From positions 14,791-78,790 of the forward strand of contig CADCNE010000003.1 of the NCBI GenBank assembly GCA_902802805.1: a stretch of 64,000 bases of DNA, in the 5' to 3' direction. The translations under genes were made by a program, and so were the position numbers. The notes beneath the pieces were generated by a model. It was not told the DNA's origin and ran no database searches. It was given only the letters and a program-made list of their open reading frames with translations. How positions within the stretch are numbered: position 1 is the first letter of the stretch; the number at the start of each line of letters is the position of its first letter. The stretch comes from an uncultured Eubacteriales bacterium. GTDB taxonomy: Bacteria; Bacillota; Clostridia; Christensenellales; CAG-138. Positions 45,460 through 56,186 of the stretch are shown here, piece after piece.

Positions 45460-46457
45460 TTCTTGGCCTCCTCTTTCTGTTCAAAGGTATTCAGCACGGC
45501 CAGGAGCAGCGCGTCCCGGTCCTTATAGATCCCCTGCTTGATGTTTCCGTCCACGTCCGCGAAGGCGGCCACGGCCCGGCGAAGGTCCGCCCGGGTCCGC
45601 TTCTGGGCGTTTTTCACGGCGATCTGAGCGGCGTAGGGGCTGCCGGGGAGCTGCCGCGCGGCGGAGCTGGCGTCCAGCCCGCGATCGAGGTGCTCCCGTG
45701 CGGTCAGGATCAGCTTCAGCCGGCCTTCCAGGAACCCGGCGAGGCCCATGGGCGTCTCCCCCCGGTCCAGGGCGTTGAGGAGCATGGCGTACCCCTTCTT
45801 CCGCTTTCCGTCCAGCAGGGCGTCCAGCATCTCAAAGGCGTTGTACTCCGGCGACGGGGTGACGGTCGCGTCCAAAATCTTTACCGTGACGGTGCCGCCG
45901 GGGCCCGTATAGTCCGCAGCCTTGGAAAACTCGTTCCGCAGCCGGTAGGCGTCGAACCCCACCCGATCCACCAGCGTCTGGGCCGTGGTCCTGTCGAGGC
46001 CCACGTTCTTCAGGGCCGATTCCCGAAGGAGCATGTTCACGGCCCGATCCATGGTCAGCTTCTCAAAAGCCACCACCCGGTTCTCCGGGGCCAGGGCCTT
46101 GAAGAGCCGGTTGGTCTTGCGGCACTCCCCCCGATGGACGAACAGGACCACGGTGGTGTCCCCCAGGTTGAGGAGCCGGTCCCGCTTCTCGAGGGCGTCT
46201 ATGAGAGCGTCGTCCCAGTTCTCCACCAGCACCACCCGCAGCTCGTCGAAGAAGGGCAGCTGGTCCGCGGCCTGGAGCAGGGTCTGCACGTCGGGGGCCT
46301 GCAGGCTCTGGCAGTTCAGGGCCAGCATGCCGGGGTCCAGGAGTTTCTTCACCCGGGCGACGGCCTCGGCCTTGGTCAGCTCCTCCTCGCCATGCAGCAG
46401 ATATGGTCCCTTCAGGGCGCGGCTCTGGGTGGCCTTGTAGAATTCGGATTCGTTCAC
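45456..46457 (-). CDS. holA: DNA polymerase III subunit delta
   Basis: 333 aa. [29 protein letters not shown]... with the typical HolA N-terminus and length. ATGA-type overlap with the downstream gene. Confidence 0.8.
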   Translation of the reverse strand: MNESEFYKATQSRALKGPYLLHGEEELTKAEAVARVKKLLDPGMLALNCQSLQAPDVQTLLQAADQLPFFDELRVVLVENWDDALIDALEKRDRLLNLGDTTVVLFVHRGECRKTNRLFKALAPENRVVAFEKLTMDRAVNMLLRESALKNVGLDRTTAQTLVDRVGFDAYRLRNEFSKAADYTGPGGTVTVKILDATVTPSPEYNAFEMLDALLDGKRKKGYAMLLNALDRGETPMGLAGFLEGRLKLILTAREHLDRGLDASSAARQLPGSPYAAQIAVKNAQKRTRADLRRAVAAFADVDGNIKQGIYKDRDALLLAVLNTFEQKEEAKK

Positions 46458-46500
46458 TTCCTCATGATACCACGCTATAGCGAAAGAAACAACAAATTTG

Positions 46501-47919
46501 TTATCGTTCGAACCACTTCAGGATAGACAGCTTGCGCTTGCCTGCCTGGCCGGAATAGGGATGCTCCCGAAGGGGCAGGTTGAAGCGGGTGCTGCCCATG
46601 AGCACGGTCTGGGGGTGGGTGAACTCCCGAAAGCCCCATGCCCCGTGGTAGGCTCCCATGCCCGAGTGGCCCGTGCCGTTGAAGGGGACGCCCTTGACCA
46701 TCATGTGGAGGCAGACCTCGTTGACGCAGCCGCCGCCGTATTGCTGGGTGGCCATGACACGCTTCGCCCAGGCCTTGTCGCCGGTGAAGATGTACATAGC
46801 GAGGGGATGCTCCCGGTCTGCAATCACGTCGAGCAGGGCGTCCACCTCATCGTCCTTGAAGGGCACCACGGGCAGCAGGGGGCAGAAGAGCTCGTGGCGG
46901 ACGATGTCCTCGTCCATGCCCACGGGGAAGATCATCGTGGGGGAGAAGCGCCGGGCCTCCCGGTCCCCGGCGCCGCCGAAGACGACCCGGTCACGGTATG
47001 CTTCCGTGAGGTTTTCACATTTATCGTAGACCGCCGGGGTGATGAGCTTGGGATACTCGGGGTTCTGCTCCGGGTGCTCCCCGATCTGGCGGACGAACTC
47101 CTTTTTAAGTTCGGTCAGGAACGGTTCGGCTACCTCCTCCGCCACGGCGATCTGGTTGATGTTGATGCAGATCTGCCCCGCGTTGCAGAGCTTGAAGAAG
47201 GCGATCTTCCGGGCGGCGTCCCTGAGATCCGCGTCTTTGCGGACGATGCACCAGTTGCCCGTCTCGCCCCCCAGCTCCAGGGCTACGGAGGTCAGGTGGC
47301 GGGACGCCTTCTCGAGGACGTGCTTCGCCACCGCCGGGGAGCCGGTGTAGAAGATCTTGTCGAACCGCTCCTCGAGGCACATGTCCGCTACGTCGTGGCT
47401 CCCGTCGATGAGGGTCACGAACTCCTCCGGGAAGGTATCCGCGATGAGCTTTTGCAGGGCCCGGGTGCTGGCGGCGGACTTGGAGCTGGTTTTGAGCACC
47501 GCCGTGTTCCCGCCGGAGATGCCGGCGGCCAGGACGCCCAGGGTGAGGAAGACGGGGAAGTTGAAGGGGGAGATGATCAGCGATACCCCGTAGGGCATCT
47601 TGTAGACCCTGGTGACAAGGCTGGGGAAGCACAGGAGGCCGCTGAAATGACGCTCCGGCCTGGCCCAGCGGCGCAGGCCCCGGAGGATCTCGTTGATCTC
47701 CACGATGACAGGTCCGAGGTCGCAGAGGTACGCCTCCGTAGGGCTCTTGTTGAGGTCCTCCCAAAGGGCCGCTTCCAGCTCCTGCTGATGGTCGATGACC
47801 GCCTGCTTCAGCTTCCGGAGCTGTTCCATGCGCCAGTTCACGTCCAGCGTCACGCCGGTGCGGAAGAAGGCCCGCTGTTTCAAAACGATCTCGTGTATGG
47901 TCTCTTGCGTATAACTCAT
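46501..47919 (-). CDS. aldehyde dehydrogenase family protein (class 3-like)
   Basis: The ATG at 47919 gives MSYTQETIHEIVLKQRAFF. ELGG motif and a catalytic Cys in CNAGQICIN; 472 aa. The longer track ORF extension overlaps ftsZ and is not credible. Confidence 0.85.
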   Translation of the reverse strand: MSYTQETIHEIVLKQRAFFRTGVTLDVNWRMEQLRKLKQAVIDHQQELEAALWEDLNKSPTEAYLCDLGPVIVEINEILRGLRRWARPERHFSGLLCFPSLVTRVYKMPYGVSLIISPFNFPVFLTLGVLAAGISGGNTAVLKTSSKSAASTRALQKLIADTFPEEFVTLIDGSHDVADMCLEERFDKIFYTGSPAVAKHVLEKASRHLTSVALELGGETGNWCIVRKDADLRDAARKIAFFKLCNAGQICININQIAVAEEVAEPFLTELKKEFVRQIGEHPEQNPEYPKLITPAVYDKCENLTEAYRDRVVFGGAGDREARRFSPTMIFPVGMDEDIVRHELFCPLLPVVPFKDDEVDALLDVIADREHPLAMYIFTGDKAWAKRVMATQQYGGGCVNEVCLHMMVKGVPFNGTGHSGMGAYHGAWGFREFTHPQTVLMGSTRFNLPLREHPYSGQAGKRKLSILKWFER

Positions 47920-47934
47920 GTCAACGTCCCCTTC

Positions 47935-47966
47935 AAAAAACACAGCCTGCCGAAGTGGCAGGCTGT
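47935..47966 (-). terminator. rho-independent terminator downstream of ftsZ
   Basis: 10-bp stem acagcctgcc/ggcaggctgt with loop gaagt, followed by a T-run on the minus strand. Confidence 0.8.
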
Positions 47967-47980
47967 AAAGGTTGCTTATT

Positions 47981-49218
<1,238 letters not shown>

Positions 49219-49234
49219 CTTGAATCCCCCTTCG

Positions 49235-50431
49235 TTATTTCATGAAAAAGTTTTTTATCTTCTCAAGCAGCCGGGCAAGACCGTCGCTCTGCTGCTTGGC
49301 CATGGATTCCTCCGGCGGGTTGTTGGCCTTCAACACGAAGTCCAGCGCACCGAAGGCGCTGCAGTAGTTGGGCGAGGACAGCCTGGGCGTCCAGGGCATG
49401 TCCCGCTTGAGCGGCAGATTCAGGGCCGCCCGCAAAAAGTCCAGCCCCCCGCGCATCATGAGCAGGCCTCCGCCCGACACGTACACGGCGGGACGGGCGT
49501 CCAGATTCACGCCCAGCTGTTCCATTTCCCGGCGGATCATGCCCGCCAGCTCCCCGGCCCTCGCCTCGATGATGTAGGAGATGGCCTGGTGGGATACCTT
49601 CTTGGAGCCGGTGGCCGTGCGCAGGACCTCCGTTTTATCCTGATAGTCCAGGGAGAAAACGAAGCGGCGCTTGGCCTGTTCGGCGGCCTCCATGGGCACG
49701 TCCAGCCCGAAGGACAGATCCGAGGCGAACTGGTAGCCGCCTACGGGCAGGGTGGCGAGGCCGGTCAACGCCGCGTTTTCCACCACGGCGATGTCCGTCT
49801 GCATGTACCCGATGTCGATGAGCACCGCGGGCCGGACCCGCTCGTTGTCGGGGATGAGCATCACCGCTTCGCCCAGCTGCGCGCTCACGCACATGCTGAT
49901 CTCGATGCCGAGATCGTCCAAAGCGTCCTGGACCGCGCGGATGTACTCGTCCTTGACGAACATGTGGCTCACCAGGGCGGAGATCTCCTCGGCCATGACC
50001 CCGTCGGGCATCTCGGTGGAGGATACGCCGTCCACCATGAAGAAGACGGGGGTGGAGTGCATCAGCGTCCAGCCCTCCTCCTTCTTCGCCTTCTGGAGGG
50101 ACAGGCTGATGAGCTTGTCTACGTCCGCGCTCTCCACGAGGCGGGAGGATCCCAGGGTGATGGTGGCGTCGCATAGCTCCATCCGGGCGAAGGAAGCGGG
50201 CACCGTCAGCGCCACGTCCCGGATGCGGAGGCGGCTCTCCTGCTCGGTCTTGTGCACGCAGTCCAGCACGGCGCTGTGCATGCTCTGCTTGTCGAGGAAC
50301 GCCCCGTCCCGAAAGCCGGCGTATGTGCTGATGCCGGCCCCGTGGACGACGATGCCGTCCTTGTCGACCATGCTGCCGCACAGGCACACCACTTTGGAAC
50401 TGCCCACATCCAGTATCGTTGCGGGTTTCAT
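49235..50431 (-). CDS. ftsA: cell division protein FtsA
   Basis: The ATG at 50431, after a GGAGGAAG RBS, gives MKPATILDVGSSKVVCLCG. Actin-like fold motifs are present (VLIDIGYMQTDI, YVSGGG). It lies 16 nt upstream of ftsZ. Confidence 0.85.
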   Translation of the reverse strand: MKPATILDVGSSKVVCLCGSMVDKDGIVVHGAGISTYAGFRDGAFLDKQSMHSAVLDCVHKTEQESRLRIRDVALTVPASFARMELCDATITLGSSRLVESADVDKLISLSLQKAKKEEGWTLMHSTPVFFMVDGVSSTEMPDGVMAEEISALVSHMFVKDEYIRAVQDALDDLGIEISMCVSAQLGEAVMLIPDNERVRPAVLIDIGYMQTDIAVVENAALTGLATLPVGGYQFASDLSFGLDVPMEAAEQAKRRFVFSLDYQDKTEVLRTATGSKKVSHQAISYIIEARAGELAGMIRREMEQLGVNLDARPAVYVSGGGLLMMRGGLDFLRAALNLPLKRDMPWTPRLSSPNYCSAFGALDFVLKANNPPEESMAKQQSDGLARLLEKIKNFFMK

Positions 50432-50665
50432 GCTTCCTCCACGCTCTTTTCGCCGGGATTCCGCGCACACGAAACAACACGGGATTCCCCACCTATATCT
50501 ATACGATTGGGATTATAGCACAAGTATGGGCCGGTATGCAACAAAAAACAGGGGGCAAAATGGGGTTTGAACGAAGATTTTGCCTCGGACTTGTGAAATT
50601 ATTGCAACGGCAGGCGCCCCTGACCCGGTGCGCCGCGGCGTGCGCGCCTTCCAATTTATGCGGCT

Positions 50666-50694
50666 TGACAGGTTTTTTTCCCCATAGTATAGTA
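50666..50694 (+). promoter_or_regulatory. sigma-70-like promoter TTGACA-17 nt-TATAGT for the 701-aa secreted protein gene
   Basis: Perfect -35 at 50666-50671 and -10 at 50689-50694. A hairpin ccggc-ttttccagg-gccgg follows in the leader. Confidence 0.6.
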
Positions 50695-50759
50695 AAATTG
50701 AAAAAAACCCGGCTTTTCCAGGGCCGGTCGAACACACCTATAAAGAAAGGAGTACTGTT

Positions 50760-52865
50760 GTGAAACGCATACTTGCTACAATTCTATTTCTTCTGTTAGT
50801 ATTATCTCCTTTATGTTCAGATTCATACGCTGAAATGAAGTATACGGATCCTGAAACAGGGGTTTCCTTTACAATTCCCGATGGTTGGAATCAGCGTCCT
50901 TTCATGAAAGAACGTGAATTCCTTAAGATTCAATTTGCGACTGAAGATGGTGCCATATTTCAATTTGGTTTTATAGATTTCTATGCTGTTATGTATGAGA
51001 TGCTTGCGGCAGAAGAAAGAGAAACCTTGAAGAGGACAGAGTTTTCAAACGATTCACTTACTGCAGAAATAGTAGGCAGTATTATCGATCAACCAACGAG
51101 TTCGATAAGTGTTGCCCAATATTCCAATTATGAATATTTCTCTTTTTTGAACACTGGAGAGCACACGTTCATGAGAATGGACAATGGCTATATCTTTATT
51201 TTTCAATATGGAATCCTCGAAATAGATAATGCCATTAGTCAACAACGAAAAAACGAGTGCGCGGCGATAATGAACTCTGTCACTTATCCTGAAATCAAAA
51301 CTGAAGAAACACCAGCACAGGCAAATCCAACATTAACGGACAATACGGCTTTACAAACAGAAAAGCGATATATTGACTATGAAACTGGTGTCTCTTTTAC
51401 GATTCCAGAAGGGTGGGAACAACAGCCTCTTTCAGAGGATTACAAAACCATCAAAGCACAATTCGTCGCTGGAAACGATGCTAGATTCTCATATGGTTTT
51501 ACTGATTTATACGCTACAATGCCCGAATATGCAAAGGCGAGTATCACTAGGGCAGAAATAACAAATGATTTCTTTACTACAGATGATATTGGTGCTTTGA
51601 TGAACTTGTCACCAAACATCATAATGAGAGGACAGTATTCTGGTTTAGATTATTATTATGCTAATTTAATATCTGAAGAAGGAAAAGGAACAGGAAAAGT
51701 TTTATTACGAATTGAAAACGGATATATGTATTCATATACATATACAGTTTATAACACGAGTGTTTCTTTCGCTGAACGTACAAAAGAATGTGAAGCGATA
51801 ATGAATTCAATATCTTATTCTGGTATCGTGAGCCAAGCAGTGAGCGGCATCTCTGCCCTGGCGGAGGGGGAGGATACCTATGTGGGCCTCTGGCAGATCA
51901 CCGGCCAGCAGGACGGGGATACCTATACCGCCTATGCCGACATGGGCGTCACGGCCTATCTGGACTTTATGCCCAACGGCGCCATCTATGCCGTCATGAC
52001 CGACGGCGAGGACCAGATGGCGGACTACATGGCCTATAAGGTGACCGGGGAGAACACCCTGGACATCTATGAGGGGGACGATCCCCTGCCCAGCGTCTAC
52101 GATCCGGCCACAGGCATCATCTCCGTGACGGATCCCGACGGCGGCCTGGTCTCCTATGTGGAGCGGGTCACGGCGGACCCCCTGCCCGATATCCGGGCCC
52201 TGGTGGACAACTCCCAGGAGGAGCAGACCTACTACGGGTATAGGATGACCCAGGGCGATCAGACCATCGACATGCTCCAGATGCTTCCCGCCATGGGCCT
52301 GGACCCCCGCGATTTCTATCTCGAGCTGGAGCCCGACGGCACCGGCTACCTGCAGTTCGGGGACGAGGAAACGAGCAGCGAGATCACCTGGACGGAGACG
52401 GAGATGACCGCTGACGGCGAGAGCGTGCCCTACACCCGGGAGGGGGACCACATCGTCATCAGTATCGAAGGATCCTACACCCTGGAGCTGGCCCCCGAAG
52501 GCGAGGTGGAGGCCCTGATGGCCATGATGGGCGTCGAGATCCAGGAAGAGGGCGACGACACCGTGGACGTGGACCTGGATGCCGTGGCGGGCGAATGGAA
52601 GCTGGCCAAGGCTTCCGCCATGGGCCAGGAGCTTACCGTCGAGCAGATCCAGGCCCAGGGGCTGGACCTGGCCTTCCGGTTCAACGCGGACGGCAGCGCT
52701 GTCATGATCAGCAAGGGCGAGGAGACCGACGGCATCAACTGGCGGGAGGAGGACGGTGGGCTCGTCCTGTACGTTGGCACCTATGACATGTTCACCTTCA
52801 CCTATGACGGGGAATACCTGATCCTGTCGGTGGGGGCCAAGCTCTACTTCGAGAAGGTCAGCTAA
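50760..52865 (+). CDS. secreted protein: two tandem ~150-aa repeats (AT-rich DNA) fused to a GC-rich C-terminal region (function unknown)
   Basis: GTG start and signal peptide MKRILATILFLLLVLSPLCSDSYA. Repeat 1 starts YTDPETGVSFTIPDGWNQRP and ends ECAAIMNSVTY. Repeat 2 starts YIDYETGVSFTIPEGWEQQP and ends ECEAIMNSISY. Confidence 0.75.
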   Translation: MKRILATILFLLLVLSPLCSDSYAEMKYTDPETGVSFTIPDGWNQRPFMKEREFLKIQFATEDGAIFQFGFIDFYAVMYEMLAAEERETLKRTEFSNDSLTAEIVGSIIDQPTSSISVAQYSNYEYFSFLNTGEHTFMRMDNGYIFIFQYGILEIDNAISQQRKNECAAIMNSVTYPEIKTEETPAQANPTLTDNTALQTEKRYIDYETGVSFTIPEGWEQQPLSEDYKTIKAQFVAGNDARFSYGFTDLYATMPEYAKASITRAEITNDFFTTDDIGALMNLSPNIIMRGQYSGLDYYYANLISEEGKGTGKVLLRIENGYMYSYTYTVYNTSVSFAERTKECEAIMNSISYSGIVSQAVSGISALAEGEDTYVGLWQITGQQDGDTYTAYADMGVTAYLDFMPNGAIYAVMTDGEDQMADYMAYKVTGENTLDIYEGDDPLPSVYDPATGIISVTDPDGGLVSYVERVTADPLPDIRALVDNSQEEQTYYGYRMTQGDQTIDMLQMLPAMGLDPRDFYLELEPDGTGYLQFGDEETSSEITWTETEMTADGESVPYTREGDHIVISIEGSYTLELAPEGEVEALMAMMGVEIQEEGDDTVDVDLDAVAGEWKLAKASAMGQELTVEQIQAQGLDLAFRFNADGSAVMISKGEETDGINWREEDGGLVLYVGTYDMFTFTYDGEYLILSVGAKLYFEKVS

Positions 52866-52882
52866 AACACGATGCAACGCAG

Positions 52883-52917
52883 AAGGAAGCCTCCCGTCGA
52901 GGGAGGCTTCCTTTTTT
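52883..52917 (+). terminator. rho-independent terminator
   Basis: Stem aaggaagcctccc/gggaggcttcctt with loop gtcga, followed by a T-run. Confidence 0.85.
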
Positions 52918-52924
52918 GCGTCTT

Positions 52925-53881
52925 CTACAGCAGCCCTTCCGCCTGCAGCCGTTCCAGGACCATGGCCTCCCTGAGGAGCATGGTGTGGTATTTGCGCTTG
53001 TACACGTTGGTCAGGGCCGTGTTCTGTTCGATGGCCTCCCGGGGCTCCACCCAGCGGAGGGTGTAGCCCTCCTCCGCCTCATAGCCGTCCAGCTCCTGGG
53101 GGACGACGGCCTGAGCGTCCGCCAGATAGTAGAAGTTGTCCTGCAGGAAGATAGGCTCCCGGCCCCCCTTCTCGATGCGATGGACGAAGCCGTAGGGCCG
53201 GACGCTCTTTGGGTCCAGCACCAGCCCCGCCTCCTCCCGGGCCTCCCGCAGGAGGGCCGCTTCCCGGCTCTCGCCCGCCTCGATGCCGCCGCCGGGGAAC
53301 TTGAAGTGCTGGAACTTCCGGCTGTAGACCATGGCCACCCGGCCGTCTTGGATGACGATGGCCCGGGCCGAGGGCCGGGAGAAGGGGCGGGAGCCCTCCA
53401 CGTAGTTTTGCGCGTCCATGGTGAACAGCAGCCGCATGCGGCTCTCCTCCAACACGAGCAGCCGCCGCTTTATATCGAGGCCCCCCGCAAAGCCCGTCAG
53501 GCTCCCGCCGGACCCGATGATGCGGTGGCAGGGGATCATGAGGGCGATGGGGTTAACATGGACCGCCTGACCCACGGCCCGGGCGGAGCGGCAGCCCACG
53601 CTGCGGGCGATCGCCCCATAGGAGGCGGTCTCACCGAAGGGGATGGTCAAAAGCTCCCGCCACACCCGCCGCTGGAAGTCGGTGCCCGCAGGATGCAGGG
53701 GCGGCGTGGGGCCGGGGTCCCGGCCGGAGAAATAGGCGTCCAGCCAGGCGAAGGCCTCGTCGAAGAGGGGCAGGGACGACGGGGGCTCTGCACAGGAGCC
53801 GAAAGCGAGGCCCGTCAGGGCGGCGCCGTCAGCACGAAGGGTCAGGGGCCCCACCGTGCTTTCATACTGGGAAAAGAACAT
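52925..53881 (-). CDS. fusion protein: methylated-DNA-protein-cysteine methyltransferase (Ogt/MGMT) plus a NUDIX hydrolase domain
   Basis: ATG at 53881 after a GGGAGG RBS. MGMT active site IPCHRIIGSGGSLTGFAGG, then with no stop codon a Nudix box GGGIEAGESREAALLREAREEAG. Confidence 0.8.
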   Translation of the reverse strand: MFFSQYESTVGPLTLRADGAALTGLAFGSCAEPPSSLPLFDEAFAWLDAYFSGRDPGPTPPLHPAGTDFQRRVWRELLTIPFGETASYGAIARSVGCRSARAVGQAVHVNPIALMIPCHRIIGSGGSLTGFAGGLDIKRRLLVLEESRMRLLFTMDAQNYVEGSRPFSRPSARAIVIQDGRVAMVYSRKFQHFKFPGGGIEAGESREAALLREAREEAGLVLDPKSVRPYGFVHRIEKGGREPIFLQDNFYYLADAQAVVPQELDGYEAEEGYTLRWVEPREAIEQNTALTNVYKRKYHTMLLREAMVLERLQAEGLL

Positions 53882-53892
53882 GGAAGACCTCC

Positions 53893-55359
53893 CTAAAACA
53901 GGAACCAGACCAGGGCCCCGGCCATCATCAGCCCCCAGCCCAGCCAGGCGGGCCGGGCGCGGTTGGGCAGGAAATACTCCGACACGAACAGCATGCCGGT
54001 GAACCACAGGATCAGCGCCGTGCCGCTGCAGGGCGGCAGGGTGAGACCGTCCGCGGGCACCAGCTCCGCCAGGGTCGTGAGGTAGTACAGCACCCCCTGG
54101 GGGAGCAGGGCCAGCGCCTTCGCCGCCCAGGGGAGCAGCGGGCAGAGGAGCACGGCCAGCCACCCCGGGATCAGGAACAGGGGCGCGGCGGGCAGCGCCA
54201 GCGGGCTTAGGAGCACGCCCAGCAGGGAGACCTCGCCGCCCGATATGCTGAGCAGGGGCATCATGCCCAGGAACACGCCCACGGCCCCCGCCAGCAGGCG
54301 GCCGATCCCCCGGTCAGAGCCGTGAAAGAGCTCCAGCACCGGCTTCCTTAGGCAGCAGAGGCCCCAGATGGCCCCGAAGGACAGGCGGAAGCCGGAGGCC
54401 AGGAGAAAGGCCGGATCTATAAGCAGCAGCAGGGCAAAGGCGCAGCCGATCTCGCTGATGGGATCGTCCTGCCGGTCCAGCAGATGGGCGGACCGGACCA
54501 GGAGCATCATGCATGCCGCCCGGACGGAGGCGGGCGAAAGGCCCGTCAGCAGACAGAAAAGGATCAGGACCAAAGCGGAGAGCAACAGGCGGAGCCACCG
54601 GCGACGGCCCCGGATGAGGGTCAGCACCGCGCCGCAGACGATGCCCACATGGAGGCCAGACACGGTGAGCAGGTGGAGCATGCCGCTGCGGCGGAAGGCC
54701 AGGAAGGTGAGGTAATGGACGTCGTCCCTGTCCCCGAAGAGCATGCCCTTGGCGATGCCGGCGTTCTCCCCGAAGAGAGCGTCCGCCGAAGTGCTCAGCT
54801 TCTCCCGCCAAAGGAGAGCGAGACCGTAGAGGCGGGAGGCCCGGCCGGGCCGGACGGTGATGGGGCCCGCGGCCTCCGCCGAATAGAGCACGGTGCCCAG
54901 GGAGCGGACCGCGCCCCGGTCGTCCGCCGATACCCGGGCCGTGAGGGTCAGAGCCTCCCCATAGCTAAGGTCCGCATCATAGGGCACGGTGAGCTCCAGG
55001 ACGCCCGGCACCCGCTGGCCGTTCAGCGTTACCCGGGAGAGAGACGCCACGGTCATGTTCCGGCTGTGCTCCGGTGCGTCGACGACCGTGCCCGTGACCT
55101 CATACTCCCCCGGGGCCACCGTCACATGGGGCAGGATGGCCCCCCTAAGGAGCAGCAGCCCCAGGAACAGGGGCAGCGCATAGACCGCCCTGCCCCCGAG
55201 CAGCAGGAACACGCCCAGCGCCAGGGCCAGAAGGCCCAGAACCAGCAGCGACCCCCTGCCCAGACGGAGCGCCAAAAAGGCTCCCGCCAGGGCCCCGGGG
55301 ATGCCCCAGAGCATGGGCCGCTCGTTGAAGTATCGGTGTTGGTTCAGCCAGTCCTCCAT
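53893..55359 (-). CDS. comEC: ComEC/Rec2-family membrane protein lacking the C-terminal MBL nuclease domain
   Basis: 488 aa and polytopic. The competence-domain pattern GMLFGDRDDV...FRRSGMLHLLTVSGLHVGIV is present. No HxHxDH motif is present. Confidence 0.75.
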   Translation of the reverse strand: MEDWLNQHRYFNERPMLWGIPGALAGAFLALRLGRGSLLVLGLLALALGVFLLLGGRAVYALPLFLGLLLLRGAILPHVTVAPGEYEVTGTVVDAPEHSRNMTVASLSRVTLNGQRVPGVLELTVPYDADLSYGEALTLTARVSADDRGAVRSLGTVLYSAEAAGPITVRPGRASRLYGLALLWREKLSTSADALFGENAGIAKGMLFGDRDDVHYLTFLAFRRSGMLHLLTVSGLHVGIVCGAVLTLIRGRRRWLRLLLSALVLILFCLLTGLSPASVRAACMMLLVRSAHLLDRQDDPISEIGCAFALLLLIDPAFLLASGFRLSFGAIWGLCCLRKPVLELFHGSDRGIGRLLAGAVGVFLGMMPLLSISGGEVSLLGVLLSPLALPAAPLFLIPGWLAVLLCPLLPWAAKALALLPQGVLYYLTTLAELVPADGLTLPPCSGTALILWFTGMLFVSEYFLPNRARPAWLGWGLMMAGALVWFLF

Positions 55360-55437
55360 ATGGGCACAGTATACCGCAGGATGGCCTTTCGGTAAAGAGC
55401 CGTTGACCCCTCCGGCGGAATATGGTATACTGCCCTC

Positions 55438-56163
55438 ATGAACGAACAGCTGAAAAAAGTCATTGAAAACAGCCGCCGCATCGCCTTTTTAGGCGGGGCG
55501 GGCCTGTCTACGGAAAGCGGCATCCCCGACTTTCGCAGCGCGGACGGCATCTACAAGGCCCAAAATGCCTACGGCCACTCCCCGGAGGTGCTGCTGAGCC
55601 ACGACTTCTTCTGGCGGCACACGGAGGTCTTCTACGATTACTATAAGAAGTTCCTTCTGTACCCCCAGGCGCAGCCCAACAAGGCCCACAAAGCCCTCGC
55701 GAAGCTGGAGGCGGACGGGAAGCTCACCGCGGTCATCACCCAGAACATCGACGGCCTCCACCAGGCGGCGGGGAGCAAGAACGTGCTGGAGCTCCACGGC
55801 AGCGTCCATCGGAACTACTGCACCAAGTGCCGGAAGTTCTACCCCATGGAGTACATCCTGGAGAGCGAGGGCGTGCCCACCTGCTCCTGCGGCGGGGTCA
55901 TCAAGCCCGACGTGGTCCTCTACGGCGAGGGGCTGGACACCAACACCCTCGTCTCCGCCGTGACCCACATCCAGCGGGCTGACACCCTGATCGTAGGCGG
56001 CACCTCGTTGGTGGTGTACCCGGCGGCGGGGCTCATCGACTACTTCTCGGGCCGGGAGCTGGTGCTCATCAACCTGAGCCGGACGGACCGGGATTCCGAC
56101 GCCACGCTGTGCGTCCATGAGAAGATCGGCGAAGCGCTGTCCTTCCTGTTGGAAGATGAATAA
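55438..56163 (+). CDS. cobB: NAD-dependent protein deacylase (Sir2 family)
   Basis: GAGLSTESGIPDFRS, QNIDGLH and the zinc cysteines CTKC...CSCGG. Confidence 0.9.
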   Translation: MNEQLKKVIENSRRIAFLGGAGLSTESGIPDFRSADGIYKAQNAYGHSPEVLLSHDFFWRHTEVFYDYYKKFLLYPQAQPNKAHKALAKLEADGKLTAVITQNIDGLHQAAGSKNVLELHGSVHRNYCTKCRKFYPMEYILESEGVPTCSCGGVIKPDVVLYGEGLDTNTLVSAVTHIQRADTLIVGGTSLVVYPAAGLIDYFSGRELVLINLSRTDRDSDATLCVHEKIGEALSFLLEDE

Positions 56164-56186
56164 TAGAAAGCGAAAGGAAACGGATA

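Noticed and set aside
43328-45484. 718-aa track ORF treated as one gene.
   Set aside because: Its first ~260 codons run out of frame across the well-supported MTAP-like gene (44731-45459) and are Arg/His/Pro-rich. The credible start is the ATG at 44704, which has a signal peptide.
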